Origin: a virus | Length of the DNA stretch: 64,000 nucleotides | Reading direction: 5' to 3' (one strand) | IMG/VR virus record: IMGVR_UViG_3300045988_082442 | Span: 96,001 to 160,000 of that record | Part shown: positions 18,205 to 28,535 of the stretch, piece after piece | Numbering within the stretch: the stretch's first letter is position 1 | How the letters are laid out: the number at the start of each line of letters is the position of its first letter | Made by a program: the position numbers and the translations under genes | The notes under the pieces: model-generated | What the model was told of the DNA's origin: nothing | Database searches by the model: none | Seen by the model: the letters and a program-made list of their open reading frames with translations, nothing else

Positions 18205-18975
18205 ATGTTAAGAATGTCAGAGGCAAATATAGACAATAAAAATTTGCAACAACCAAATATAAAAGAGAGAGATGTATCTGTTTATGCTTATGATATAGCA
18301 GTAGTAAATGATTTTAGAGCAAGATTTAAACAGCCACCTATAACAGACAGTGATGTAAATAGTAATGTAATAATGGCAACACCAGACCAAGCATTTAGAA
18401 TATTAGGTGAAATGAGTAATGATAATATTGTAATGCCATTTATAAGTGTTCAAAGACTAAGCTGGCAATTAAACCTAGATAGACAAATGAGCCAAACATT
18501 CGTGGGTGATAAGGTAGTAATACAAAATCCAGATAACCCAAAGGAAAAGCTTGAAGTAAGGGCTCAAGTAATTCCTATAACAATAAACTGGCAATTAGAT
18601 GTATGGACAAGAGATAGAATAACAAATGATGCACTTGTAAGAGAAATACTATGGTATTACCATTTAAGACCTACACTACTTGTTAAAGTCTTGCATGGGC
18701 TAAATATGCTTCATACATTTAACATTATGTTCAATAGCGAGATAGAGGATAATAGTGATATTTATAATTCAAATAATAAAGGTAACATTGTAAGGTCAAC
18801 TTTAACTTTCTATTCAGAAGATTGTTACTTATGGAAAGCACATCATGAACCAATAGTAGGAATTGATGTTAATACTAATTTCTATTATGATGCAGCAACA
18901 AAGGAATATGAGGAGTTATATGGTGTTGGAAATAAAGACATAAAGAGCATAACAGGTATAGATACATTATTATAG
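18205..18975 (+). CDS. hypothetical protein (possibly structural)
   Basis: 256-aa ORF; RBS AAGGAGG upstream. Confidence 0.5.
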   Translation: MLRMSEANIDNKNLQQPNIKERDVSVYAYDIAVVNDFRARFKQPPITDSDVNSNVIMATPDQAFRILGEMSNDNIVMPFISVQRLSWQLNLDRQMSQTFVGDKVVIQNPDNPKEKLEVRAQVIPITINWQLDVWTRDRITNDALVREILWYYHLRPTLLVKVLHGLNMLHTFNIMFNSEIEDNSDIYNSNNKGNIVRSTLTFYSEDCYLWKAHHEPIVGIDVNTNFYYDAATKEYEELYGVGNKDIKSITGIDTLL

Positions 18976-18986
18976 GGGGTATAATT

Positions 18987-20540
18987 TTGGAATACATCAA
19001 GGTATGTAAGATATGTGGTAAGGAATTTAAAGCTAATAGAAAAGACCAAGAAATATGTAAAGATGAACACTATGCAAATTGTAGTATTTGTGGAAAGCCA
19101 ACAAAGCTAACTACACGAAAGCTTAGAGATTATTTAAAAGGTAATATGATAACTTGTTCAACAGAGTGTGCAAAACAAAAATCTAAAATAACTTGCATGA
19201 ACAGATATGGAAGAAGTACAACATTTGATATAGAAAAATCAAAACAAACAAAATTAAAAAGATATGGCAGTGAAACATATAACAATAGAGATAAGGCTTC
19301 AAATACAGTATTAGAGAAATATGGTGTCAATAATGTAAGTAAAGCAGAAGATATTAAGAATAAGATAAAAGATACAATGATAAAGAATCATGGTGTTAGT
19401 TGTACCTTTGAAATAGATGGATTTACAAAGCAGTCAGCAGAGGTAAAAAAGAAAAGGTATGGAGAACATTATGAACTTATTGGTAAGAAAATTAGCAATA
19501 GTTGGAACAATAAATCAGAAGAGGAAAAGCTAGATATAATAAACAGAATAAAAGATATAAAGGTTAAAAAGTATGGTTATTCTTATTATAATCTAAAAGA
19601 GGCAAGTAAAACAATGAATAGGAAATATGGTGTACCTTATTACTGTATGACAGATGATTGTAAGAATGCTAATGGATATATAATATCAAAGATAAATAAA
19701 GAGTTTAGTAAATTACTTTCAGATAACAATATAAATAATACATTAGAGTTTAAGATACAAAATATGTCTTATGATATAAAGGTTGAACCTAATATACTTA
19801 TAGAAATAAATCCAACTTATACACATAATAGTACCTACGGACCTATATTCAATAATCATAATTTAGAACCAAAGGATAAGAACTATCATCTAAATAAATC
19901 AAACTTAGCAACAGATAATGGTTATCATTGCATACACATATTTGACTGGGATAACTGGGATAAGATAATCAATATGCTTTTACCAAAGAGTTCTATATAT
20001 GCAAGAAAGTGTGATATAAAAGAAGTTAGTAAAGAGGAATGCAGTAACTTTGAGAATGAATATCATTTACAAGGTTATTGTAATAATCAGCAAGTTATGT
20101 TAGGATTATATTATAATAATGAACTTGTAGAACTAATGACATTTGGAAAGCCAAGGTATAATAAAAACTATGAGTGGGAATTGTTAAGACTTTGTTCACA
20201 TAAAGATTATAAGATTATAGGTGGGGCAGAAAAATTATTTATTTATTTTATAAGGAACTATAACCCAAAATCAATAATATCATACTGTGATTATAGCAAA
20301 TTTAGTGGGGATGTATATAACAGATTAGGATTTAAAAAGATGAAGAATAGCACACCAAGTAAACATTGGTATAATGGGAAACAGCATATTACAGATAACC
20401 TGTTAAGGCAGAGGGGTTATGACCAATTATTCAATACACATTATGGAAAAGGTACATCAAATGAACAACTTATGCTAGATAATGGTTTTGTAGAGATATA
20501 TGACTGTGGACAAATGACATTTATATGGAGCAGTGATTAG
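18987..20540 (+). CDS. homing-endonuclease-like protein (KYG/RYG-repeat N-terminus plus YHLQG/GGxxKLF C-terminal domain)
   Basis: Cys clusters CKICG/CSICG; repeats MNRYGRSTT, LKRYGSETY, LEKYGVNNV, KKRYGEHY, VKKYGYSYY, NRKYGVPYY; C-terminal YHLQGYC...GGAEKLFIYF...SYCDYSKFSG; paralog of 62458..>64000. Confidence 0.55.
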   Translation: MEYIKVCKICGKEFKANRKDQEICKDEHYANCSICGKPTKLTTRKLRDYLKGNMITCSTECAKQKSKITCMNRYGRSTTFDIEKSKQTKLKRYGSETYNNRDKASNTVLEKYGVNNVSKAEDIKNKIKDTMIKNHGVSCTFEIDGFTKQSAEVKKKRYGEHYELIGKKISNSWNNKSEEEKLDIINRIKDIKVKKYGYSYYNLKEASKTMNRKYGVPYYCMTDDCKNANGYIISKINKEFSKLLSDNNINNTLEFKIQNMSYDIKVEPNILIEINPTYTHNSTYGPIFNNHNLEPKDKNYHLNKSNLATDNGYHCIHIFDWDNWDKIINMLLPKSSIYARKCDIKEVSKEECSNFENEYHLQGYCNNQQVMLGLYYNNELVELMTFGKPRYNKNYEWELLRLCSHKDYKIIGGAEKLFIYFIRNYNPKSIISYCDYSKFSGDVYNRLGFKKMKNSTPSKHWYNGKQHITDNLLRQRGYDQLFNTHYGKGTSNEQLMLDNGFVEIYDCGQMTFIWSSD

Positions 20541-20550
20541 GAGGTAATAT

Positions 20551-21285
20551 ATGAAAGCATTATTTATAGGTGATGTTCATAATCATTCATATATGTTTAA
20601 AGATATAGAAAGATTAGATAAGGAATACAAATTCGATAGAATAATATTTCTAGGTGATTATGTAGATGACTGGTTGACAGACAATCATAATTCATTAGAA
20701 ACACTAAATACATTATTTAAGCTAAAAGAAAAAGAACCAGATAAATATACAATGCTTATTGGTAACCATGAACTATCATACTTAGGATTTCCTTGTAGTG
20801 GACATCATAAAGAATTAGAAGATTTAGTAGAACAGAAACTAAAAGAGAATATACATAATTTAGAATATTATACAGAAATAGAACTAGGTAATAAGACTTT
20901 TGTATGTTCACATGCAGGATTTACAAATGACTATATATGTCAGGTATTAGATATGTATGGAGAATGGAAACCAGTACTAGATGACTTACAGAAAACAAAA
21001 TTACAAAATCTAGTATATTTAAGATACTGTTCAAGAGCAAGGGGTGGTATGGATAGTTGTAGCTCATTTGTATGGACAGATAGAAGAGAGTTAATGTATT
21101 GTCCAGATAATTTGATAATACCATATCAAATAGTAGGACATACACCAGCATCAACAGTAGGTTCTTATATATCAGAATCAGAAGAACTATATTTTGTAGA
21201 TACACACTCAACATATAGGAATGGAGAACCTTATGGTGATAAATCATATTTAATGTATGATAAAGAATTTAAAATAGTTTATTAA
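20551..21285 (+). CDS. metallophosphoesterase (Ser/Thr phosphatase-like)
   Basis: GDVHN, GDYVDDW, GNHE, SHAG, GHT motifs in canonical order. Confidence 0.8.
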   Translation: MKALFIGDVHNHSYMFKDIERLDKEYKFDRIIFLGDYVDDWLTDNHNSLETLNTLFKLKEKEPDKYTMLIGNHELSYLGFPCSGHHKELEDLVEQKLKENIHNLEYYTEIELGNKTFVCSHAGFTNDYICQVLDMYGEWKPVLDDLQKTKLQNLVYLRYCSRARGGMDSCSSFVWTDRRELMYCPDNLIIPYQIVGHTPASTVGSYISESEELYFVDTHSTYRNGEPYGDKSYLMYDKEFKIVY

Positions 21286-21304
21286 AATTTAGGAGGTATT
21301 TAAA

Positions 21305-21667
21305 ATGTTTAAGATTTATAATAAAAGTAATAGAATAGTAGAGGTTTGTAGTAAAGTAATTCCATCTCAAACAGCATCAGCACCAATGGTAGATGCTTAT
21401 TATGAAGATGAAAAAGCAAGAATTGATAAATTAGTATCAATGGGTATTATCCAAAAAATAGATATGCCAGAAGTAGACGAATTAGAATTACAAAAAAGAC
21501 AGGCTGAGGAAGCAAGAATAGCATTAGAACAACAAGAGGCAGAAAATAGAAGAGTAGAGGAAGAAACTAGAAGAGCAGAAGAGGAAGCAAGAAAGATAGA
21601 AGAAGAATTAGCTAAATCAGAAACTAAAAAAGAATCTAAAAAGGCATCAAAGAAAGAAGAAAAATAG
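21305..21667 (+). CDS. hypothetical protein with charged coiled-coil tail
   Basis: 120 aa; C-terminal E/R/K-rich helix. Confidence 0.5.
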   Translation: MFKIYNKSNRIVEVCSKVIPSQTASAPMVDAYYEDEKARIDKLVSMGIIQKIDMPEVDELELQKRQAEEARIALEQQEAENRRVEEETRRAEEEARKIEEELAKSETKKESKKASKKEEK

Positions 21668-21690
21668 TAATAAGTTAGGAGGTTATAATA

Positions 21691-23220
21691 TTGGGAAAAA
21701 TAACATTATATCATAACACATCTAACGATATTGCTGTTAAAATAAGCAAAGAGGGTATAAAAGGTGGTATGCGATTACAGGCTTATGGAAAAGGCAGTGA
21801 GGCAGAAGGAGCTGGTATATGGTGTACCACTGTCAGGGGTTACGGATATGGTGGTGCAACTATAACATTTGAAGTAGATGAAAACGATGAAGATTTAATA
21901 GCACAAAATGATGACGAATACATCATATATAGAGATGTAGCACCAGAAGAGATAATAGATATAGATTTGGTAGTATCAACAATACCATCTAATAGAAATA
22001 GAAGAGATGCTACCACAACTTTAGAAAGTGATATACCTGATGCAGTAAAGATATTTGGAAAAGATAGAATTATATCAGTTTTTGGAAGTCATTCAAATTC
22101 ATTTGTAGAGCCATATAACCTAGAACAGTTAAAGCAACTTATGGAAACTGGTAATAAATATTGTAAAGGTAAAATAAAGTTAGATGAAAGTAAGTATAAT
22201 TTTTTGGCATATACATTTATAAATCATGTAAAGGTACCAATAGATGGTGCTGATACCAGAGAAGAACTAGAAGATAGATATGAGTATAGTGATGAAGTAT
22301 TTGTTGATGAAAATGATGATATACCAAATGCAAATTATTCAAAACAACAGAAATTAGAAGAAGCAAGTAGAAATGAATTATTAGCAAAAGCAAAAGCAGA
22401 AACAATAACAAGATATAATAAATCAGCAGGATATAAAGGGTTTAGTCTGGTTGATATTGATACAACAGCAATAAAGACCAGAGATTCAATAGTAATAACT
22501 AATAGAGTAGGAAACTACTTTGATACAATAGAGCTAGAAGATATATTGTATTGGGTAGGATTAGAAGTAGATGAAACACCAGATAAGAAAATGAATTTAG
22601 AAACAGTAAGAAGAGCTTTATTGGGAGCAATGGATGGTATGGATATAAAAGTTGATTGTAATTGTGGTGATTTTGTTTACAGATTTGCTTATATGGCAAC
22701 AGTATTAGAGTATAAATATGGTAAACCAGAAAACAGACCATCTAATATAACAAATCCTAATGCTTATGGAGCATTATGTAAGCATTTAATATCTTTATTA
22801 TCAAATAAGTCTTGGGTAAAACAAGTAGCTTCAACATTACAACAATGGATAATAGATGAAATAGACTGGGTTAGAAAGTATCTAAATGTAAAAGAAGAAG
22901 ACTTCAAGTTACCAGATGAGTATGCTAGACAATTAGGTAGACATGGTGCAATGAAGAAGTTCTGGGATAAACAACCAGATACAGATAATACAGATAGTAC
23001 AGAAAATACAGAAAATGAAGATACTGAAAATGATAATGTAGATAACAATGAACCTGATAACAAAGATGATGGTGCAGATTCAAGTGAGGTTGCCCCAGAA
23101 ACAAATAATAGTGAAGAAACAACAAATAATACACCTGATGAGAAATCAACCCTAAATAATCAAACAAATATGCCAAAAACATTTAGGGGTAACTCAGATG
23201 AAGAGTTAGAAGAAAAATAG
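21691..23220 (+). CDS. SWIM zinc-finger protein
   Basis: CNCGDFVYRF...GALCKHLISLL (CxC...CxH SWIM pattern); N/D/E/T-rich tail; TTG start after AGGAGG. Confidence 0.55.
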   Translation: MGKITLYHNTSNDIAVKISKEGIKGGMRLQAYGKGSEAEGAGIWCTTVRGYGYGGATITFEVDENDEDLIAQNDDEYIIYRDVAPEEIIDIDLVVSTIPSNRNRRDATTTLESDIPDAVKIFGKDRIISVFGSHSNSFVEPYNLEQLKQLMETGNKYCKGKIKLDESKYNFLAYTFINHVKVPIDGADTREELEDRYEYSDEVFVDENDDIPNANYSKQQKLEEASRNELLAKAKAETITRYNKSAGYKGFSLVDIDTTAIKTRDSIVITNRVGNYFDTIELEDILYWVGLEVDETPDKKMNLETVRRALLGAMDGMDIKVDCNCGDFVYRFAYMATVLEYKYGKPENRPSNITNPNAYGALCKHLISLLSNKSWVKQVASTLQQWIIDEIDWVRKYLNVKEEDFKLPDEYARQLGRHGAMKKFWDKQPDTDNTDSTENTENEDTENDNVDNNEPDNKDDGADSSEVAPETNNSEETTNNTPDEKSTLNNQTNMPKTFRGNSDEELEEK

Positions 23221-23285
23221 TAACATATTCTAATATAAAGTAGTATATAATATAAATATACTACTTTATTTTTTACTCCACTTGA

Positions 23286-23322
23286 AAAAATGCTTGACAA
23301 AATTTAAAACTTATGGTAAGCT
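23286..23322 (+). promoter_or_regulatory. class-1 conserved phage promoter copy
   Basis: AAAAATGCTTGACAAAATTTAAAACTTATGG then TAAGCT; preceded by the terminator-like hairpin AAAGTAGTATAT...ATATACTACTTT plus a T-run. Confidence 0.65.
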
Positions 23323-23357
23323 AGGAGAAGATAGAGATAGTATTGGGGGTTTTAATT

Positions 23358-23657
23358 ATGAAAAAAGTTTATTATATTTGTCATTGTGGCTCAGGAACCA
23401 CAGTATTTGAAAACTTAATAGAACTAATAAAGGAAGAAGGAAATAAATTATTATTTCATATAAATACTTATGACTGGGATTTAAACAAAGTAAGAACAAT
23501 AACATTAAGAGCAAAAAGAGTGAAAGTAACAGATTGGGATGGAAACATGGTAGATAGAATAGATTTCAGAAGTAGTAAAGAGCAATTTAGATATTCTTTT
23601 ATAAGAAAATATGAAATTGAAGATGATGTAGTACCAGAAAAGAGTATAATAAGATAA
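23358..23657 (+). CDS. hypothetical protein
   Basis: ATG 23358 (MKKVYYICHCG) after GGGGG. Confidence 0.5.
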   Translation: MKKVYYICHCGSGTTVFENLIELIKEEGNKLLFHINTYDWDLNKVRTITLRAKRVKVTDWDGNMVDRIDFRSSKEQFRYSFIRKYEIEDDVVPEKSIIR

Positions 23658-23672
23658 TTTAGAAAATTTATA

Positions 23673-23709
23673 AAAAATGCTTGACAAAATTTAAAACTTA
23701 TAATAACAT
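23673..23709 (+). promoter_or_regulatory. class-1 conserved phage promoter copy
   Basis: AAAAATGCTTGACAAAATTTAAAACTTATAA then TAACAT. Confidence 0.7.
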
Positions 23710-23740
23710 GTCAGCAGATAATTTATTGGAGGGATTTAAA

Positions 23741-24067
23741 ATGGATTTATTAAAATTAGAGAATGATACAATACAAAGATTGTATGAGGCATTTAAAGAT
23801 AATGATGGATTTACAGTAAAGGAAGATGAAAAGTATAAAAAGGCAACTGAAGAAATATTAGAATTAAATAAGAAAACAGATATACAAGAATTGATATATT
23901 TAAGAGATAATTTTGTTTACACAATTTCAGATTTAACACAAGCATCAAGAACATTAGAATCAATGTCTGATAAATATAGAAAGATGACGAATGTATGGAT
24001 GAATATGCTACAATATGTAACAACAGAAATAGATTGTAAATTATTCAAGTTAGGAGCTGATGTATAA
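23741..24067 (+). CDS. hypothetical protein
   Basis: ATG 23741 (MDLLKLEND) after GGAGGG; the track start at 23681 is inside the promoter. Confidence 0.55.
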   Translation: MDLLKLENDTIQRLYEAFKDNDGFTVKEDEKYKKATEEILELNKKTDIQELIYLRDNFVYTISDLTQASRTLESMSDKYRKMTNVWMNMLQYVTTEIDCKLFKLGADV

Positions 24068-24498
24068 TGAAATTGGTAATTAGTGATGGTGGAAGAAGTA
24101 AATATTTTAAGAAACCAAATGTAAGGGATTGTGTATGTAGAGCAATATGTAACGCAACTGGAAGAGATTACAAAGAAGTATATGACCTAATAAATGAAGA
24201 GGCAGGTAATGAAAGACCAAGTAAGAAAAGAAAAGGTGTAAGTACAGCAAGGAATGGAGTTTATAAAGATACAACTAAAAGAGTTATAGAAAAACGAATA
24301 GGCTGGAAATGGCACCCATTAATGAATATAGGAAGTGGTTGTAAAGTACATCTAAATAAAGAAGAATTACCAGGAGGAATACTAATATTACGATTATCAA
24401 AACATTTAACCTGTGTAAAAGATGGAGTTATATATGATACATTTGACTGTAGCAGAGAAGGAACAAGATGTGTATATGGTTACTGGAGTAAAAATTAA
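24067..24498 (+). CDS. hypothetical protein
   Basis: 143 aa; start overlaps the upstream stop (TAATG). Confidence 0.5.
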   Translation: MKLVISDGGRSKYFKKPNVRDCVCRAICNATGRDYKEVYDLINEEAGNERPSKKRKGVSTARNGVYKDTTKRVIEKRIGWKWHPLMNIGSGCKVHLNKEELPGGILILRLSKHLTCVKDGVIYDTFDCSREGTRCVYGYWSKN

Positions 24499-24514
24499 GG
24501 GGGAGGTGTTTCAG

Positions 24515-25150
24515 ATGGAAGAACAAGTATTTAGCTTTGAATATGAAGGTATGACATATTATTACAATAGGGTTGATAAGCCAGATAATATAATTTTAGA
24601 AAAAGACAGTAATAATAAAGATAAATTTATTGGTAGATTCAAATGCCCTAGATGTGGTGGTAAAGGACAATCAACTTGGAGACCTAGTATGGGAATTTGT
24701 TATATGTGTAGGGGTAAAGGTTATTATACTAATATACTAAATGTAACAAAGAATATAGAAACAGCAAAAAGAAGAATTGCTAGTAAGGTAGCCAAAAGAA
24801 GTAAACAAGAAGAAGAGAAGAGACAAGAATTATTAAATAAGAATATGGAATATGCAGTAAAAAGATATAGCGATGAATTTTATATAATACTTGATACATT
24901 AGAAACATCAACTTATAAGACAAGGGAATATCTAAAATCTAAAAAGGCAATGTGGAACCCAGACTGGATATGCTGGTGGATAAAAGCAGAAATAATGAAT
25001 GAGGAAGATTTTAAAGATTATAAAATTTGTAAGATACCAGTTAATACAGTTTTAAATGAATATAATAGAGTTGATAATGATAAAGTAAGACTTGTAGTAA
25101 CAAACTATTTAGATTGGCTAGATAAAAAGAGAGGTAAGGTGATAGTATGA
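24515..25150 (+). CDS. zinc-finger protein (DnaJ-like CxxCxGxG pair)
   Basis: ATG 24515 after GGGGGAGG; CPRCGGKGQ...CYMCRGKGY. Confidence 0.55.
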   Translation: MEEQVFSFEYEGMTYYYNRVDKPDNIILEKDSNNKDKFIGRFKCPRCGGKGQSTWRPSMGICYMCRGKGYYTNILNVTKNIETAKRRIASKVAKRSKQEEEKRQELLNKNMEYAVKRYSDEFYIILDTLETSTYKTREYLKSKKAMWNPDWICWWIKAEIMNEEDFKDYKICKIPVNTVLNEYNRVDNDKVRLVVTNYLDWLDKKRGKVIV

Positions 25151-25548
25151 AAAAGTTAGAGGTTAATTCTATAAAATTATTTTTAGGAGAACCAGTTGTT
25201 GAGTTTAATAGACCAGATGGTGGCAGAAGCATAAAGACAATATCATTACTAGATGATGAAGAAATAAATTTAACAAGGGATGTTTTAATTACTAGACTAC
25301 TACCAAGGTTAAACCATAAGAGAGGTTTAACAGTAAGAAAATCAAATAGAAAAGAAGATTTTGCTACAAAGATAAATAGGATAATAAGTCATAGAGAGGA
25401 TTTAACAAATAAACAAATTGCAGCAAGAGCTTCTATTTCAGAAAGATATTTAATTAAATTAAGAAAAGGTGAAACAGCAAACCCATCATTAAAGGTAATC
25501 TATAAATTAGCAGATGCATTAGAGTGTGATGCTGTTGAATTAGTATAG
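25147..25548 (+). CDS. XRE-type helix-turn-helix DNA-binding protein
   Basis: C-terminal LTNKQIAARASISERYLIKLRKGETANPSLKVIYKLADAL. Confidence 0.7.
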   Translation: MKKLEVNSIKLFLGEPVVEFNRPDGGRSIKTISLLDDEEINLTRDVLITRLLPRLNHKRGLTVRKSNRKEDFATKINRIISHREDLTNKQIAARASISERYLIKLRKGETANPSLKVIYKLADALECDAVELV

Positions 25549-25557
25549 GAGGTCATA

Positions 25558-25851
25558 ATGGAAATAGTTAAGACTTATACAGATATGAAAGAATATTTAG
25601 AAGAAGTAAATAAATCAAAGATAGATAAGATGTATAAGGAAGCAGTAGATGGAGCTTTAGAATCAGAAGTAGTAGAAGAGATGATAGCAAGAGCAGTAAC
25701 AGAAGTAGCTGACTCTGAGGCTGAATTAGATATATTGGAAGATTTATTTGTACACGATAAAGTAGATAAAAAAGAAGTAACACAAGCAAAAAGGAGACAT
25801 ACTAAAGCAAAGAACAATTTAGAATTACTTTTAAAAGATAGAAAAGATTAG
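25558..25851 (+). CDS. hypothetical acidic protein
   Basis: 97-aa ORF, RBS AGGAGG. Confidence 0.5.
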   Translation: MEIVKTYTDMKEYLEEVNKSKIDKMYKEAVDGALESEVVEEMIARAVTEVADSEAELDILEDLFVHDKVDKKEVTQAKRRHTKAKNNLELLLKDRKD

Positions 25852-25924
25852 GCATATAGTTTGTTGGTTAAAATATAAAAATGCCTAGAAATCGAATCTC
25901 ATAATAGGGAAGGGAGTGATATTT

Positions 25925-26512
25925 ATGAGTAAGTGCATATATTGTGGAAAAGAGTTTGAACCCACATCAGAATATAAGAATAGAAAAGCTTGTAGCAGAA
26001 GATGTTATATTGAGTGGAGAAGATTGAACTTATCAAAAGGTTTTACAGACAACCAATTTGAAAAGGGGCATAAGACATTTAATAAGGGAGTACCCCAAAA
26101 GGAATGGATGTCCGAAGAAAGCATGAAGAAATGTAGTAAAACACAGATACAAAATCAGAAAACAGCAGCTTCAAAGTTAAGTGAAGAAGAAGGCAGATTC
26201 TTACCCTACAATACAATGCAAAAAGGAACTGTTGTAAAAAGAGCAACAGTACATAAAGTAGGTAAGAATAAAGGTAAAATTGAATATAACTATTTTATAA
26301 ATATAGATTGGAAAGGTAATAGAAAGCCTGGAAATTTATACAAAAGGTATTTATGGGAGTTATATCATCAACAGGATTTACCAAAGGGTTATGTAGTTAT
26401 AACTGTTGATGGAGACCCAGATAATTTAGTTATAGATAATTTAGATATAATATCACGAAAAGAACTGTTAAGAAGAAACAATGGTGGTAAATTAGGAAGG
26501 AGATGGAATTAG
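25925..26512 (+). CDS. HNH homing endonuclease (HNH_3-like)
   Basis: ATG 25925 (MSKCIYCGKEF); C-terminal VITVDGDPDNLVIDNLDIISRKELL. Confidence 0.65.
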   Translation: MSKCIYCGKEFEPTSEYKNRKACSRRCYIEWRRLNLSKGFTDNQFEKGHKTFNKGVPQKEWMSEESMKKCSKTQIQNQKTAASKLSEEEGRFLPYNTMQKGTVVKRATVHKVGKNKGKIEYNYFINIDWKGNRKPGNLYKRYLWELYHQQDLPKGYVVITVDGDPDNLVIDNLDIISRKELLRRNNGGKLGRRWN

Positions 26513-27177
26513 TGAATAATTTAAAGTTTGCACAGTCAATAATAGACTTATTTAATGATAATTGGAAGCATAGTGCCAAGGTAGTGAATAAGGATATGAA
26601 TTTTATGTTTATAAACAATCCTACAGCAAAGGTGGAACTAAAGGAAGGTACATATCTAAATATAAACTGTGGAGATTGGATAAAAAATTCAGTAAGATAT
26701 TTTGATACAAAGATAACTGATAGTAAATCATTCCAAGAAGGATTTGATAATCTATGTAAATCTGTAATAGGAAGAGATTTTAAAATGTTTAGAGATGATG
26801 GAGAAACACATAGAGATTGGTTAGAATCATTTATCAATGAACAACATGGTAGTGGTGTATCATCATTGTTCTGGTTATATTATAATATAAAGGCATCAGA
26901 TATAAAGAATATAGTTATTGATAATATAGATGGGTTTTTACATTTTCTATCAATGAGGCAATTAGGACATACACTAAGAGAATTTGGTAAAGATTACAAA
27001 TTTATATTTTTAATGAATGAGTATGTACTATTTACAACTAGCATATTCGATATAGAAGATTTATATGTACTACGTGGGGATAAAATATCAAATATACAGG
27101 ATTGCACAGATAAAAAACTAACATTAGCACATAATATGGAAGCAATATTAAGAGCGATAGATAATAATGTTTTATAA
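26503..27177 (+). CDS. hypothetical protein
   Basis: 224-aa ORF. Confidence 0.5.
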   Translation: MELVNNLKFAQSIIDLFNDNWKHSAKVVNKDMNFMFINNPTAKVELKEGTYLNINCGDWIKNSVRYFDTKITDSKSFQEGFDNLCKSVIGRDFKMFRDDGETHRDWLESFINEQHGSGVSSLFWLYYNIKASDIKNIVIDNIDGFLHFLSMRQLGHTLREFGKDYKFIFLMNEYVLFTTSIFDIEDLYVLRGDKISNIQDCTDKKLTLAHNMEAILRAIDNNVL

Positions 27178-27206
27178 TAAAATAAAGTTTAGAGGGGGGA
27201 TTTAAA

Positions 27207-27383
27207 ATGGCAAAGAAAGTTACTGAAATAAAATTAACAGCTGCATCTATCTATGATAAGTTTGCAGATTCAAATGGGTTTGTTAGCCTAAGTTGTATAG
27301 AAAAATTAGGTTGGACAAAAGCAAAAGCAGAGGAAGAAGGACTAGTTATAAAAGAAACATATAAGACTTGTGAAAGGATATAA
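27207..27383 (+). CDS. small hypothetical protein (below the ORF-track cutoff)
   Basis: Hand-translated MAKKVTEIKLTAASIYDKF...TYKTCERI, 58 aa; RBS GAGGGGGG upstream. Confidence 0.5.
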   Translation: MAKKVTEIKLTAASIYDKFADSNGFVSLSCIEKLGWTKAKAEEEGLVIKETYKTCERI

Positions 27384-27385
27384 TT

Positions 27386-27682
27386 ATGAATAATGTTATA
27401 GATATTTCAAAAGCTAAGAATTTAGTACATAAAAAATCAAAGGAAGATGTTGTTAAAGAAGAACCCATTGGTAGTAATCCAATAACACCAGAAGATTTAA
27501 GAGAAGAAATTGAGGATGCTTTTCTAATGGGAAAACAAGAAGCAATTTATCAAACTGTTGCAACATTTTTATCTACACCAGAAGCAATAAATAATCATAT
27601 AACTGGTGTAAGGATTGCAGTTGAGAATGGTTATGTGAATTGTTATTGGGAATTTAACGGAGGTAATACAGATGGAAAATGA
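27386..27682 (+). CDS. hypothetical protein
   Basis: 98-aa ORF. Confidence 0.5.
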   Translation: MNNVIDISKAKNLVHKKSKEDVVKEEPIGSNPITPEDLREEIEDAFLMGKQEAIYQTVATFLSTPEAINNHITGVRIAVENGYVNCYWEFNGGNTDGK

Positions 27683-27992
27683 TGAAGTAAAAGATAGCGG
27701 AATTATAGGATGTTCCGAATTAGAAAGTCTACAACTAGAAGTAGAAGAACTTAGAAAAGACAAAAAAGGTTTACAAGAAGAAGTAGACAGTCTTGAAGAT
27801 GATTTGACTTATACAAGAGAAGAATTAGAAGATGCTGAGAATAAATTAGAGAAACTAGAATGTTTACCAGAAGAAATAAAGTCTGATTTATTCAATAATA
27901 TTCAGTTAAGATTAAGACAAGATGGCTTAATGACATCAGAATTAGAAGACTGGTTTGAGTTATATGATAAATTTTATATAGATAAAGTATAG
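27672..27992 (+). CDS. coiled-coil hypothetical protein
   Basis: 106 aa, heptad-like LQLEVEELRKDKKGLQEEVDSLEDDL. Confidence 0.5.
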   Translation: MENDEVKDSGIIGCSELESLQLEVEELRKDKKGLQEEVDSLEDDLTYTREELEDAENKLEKLECLPEEIKSDLFNNIQLRLRQDGLMTSELEDWFELYDKFYIDKV

Positions 27993-27995
27993 GAG

Positions 27996-28535
27996 TTGTT
28001 TGATTTGAATACAAAGGTAATAAACTTATTTGGCAATCCAGGAAGTGGTAAATCAACAACAGCTTCCTATTTATTTTCTGAGATGAAAGCATTAGGGATA
28101 GAAGTAGAATTGGTCACAGAAGTAGCAAAAGATTTAGTATGGGATGAAGATTGGAAAAGATTAAATAATCAAGTTTATATATTTAGCACACAGCTACAGA
28201 GAATAGATAGATTAGTAGGTAAGGTAGAATATATAATAACGGATTCACCTTTATTATTACAAATAGGTTATTATAAGCAAAGAGGTTTACCAGCACCAAA
28301 GCATTTCAAGAAATTATGTATAGCATACAATAAAAGATATAATAACATAAATATATGGTTGAAGAGTAATAAAGAGTTATCACAGATAGGAAGAGCAGAA
28401 TTAGATTTGGACCCAATGAAATATCTATCTACTATGGAATTTGATTATAAGACAGATTGTAGACATAGAAAAGAGATTTTAGAGTACATATTAGGAGGAA
28501 ATCAAGATGAGAAAGATAAGATTAGGATGGGCTAG
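27996..28535 (+). CDS. P-loop NTPase (AAA_28/dNK-like)
   Basis: Walker A GNPGSGKST, Walker B-like EYIITDSP. Confidence 0.65.
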   Translation: MFDLNTKVINLFGNPGSGKSTTASYLFSEMKALGIEVELVTEVAKDLVWDEDWKRLNNQVYIFSTQLQRIDRLVGKVEYIITDSPLLLQIGYYKQRGLPAPKHFKKLCIAYNKRYNNINIWLKSNKELSQIGRAELDLDPMKYLSTMEFDYKTDCRHRKEILEYILGGNQDEKDKIRMG

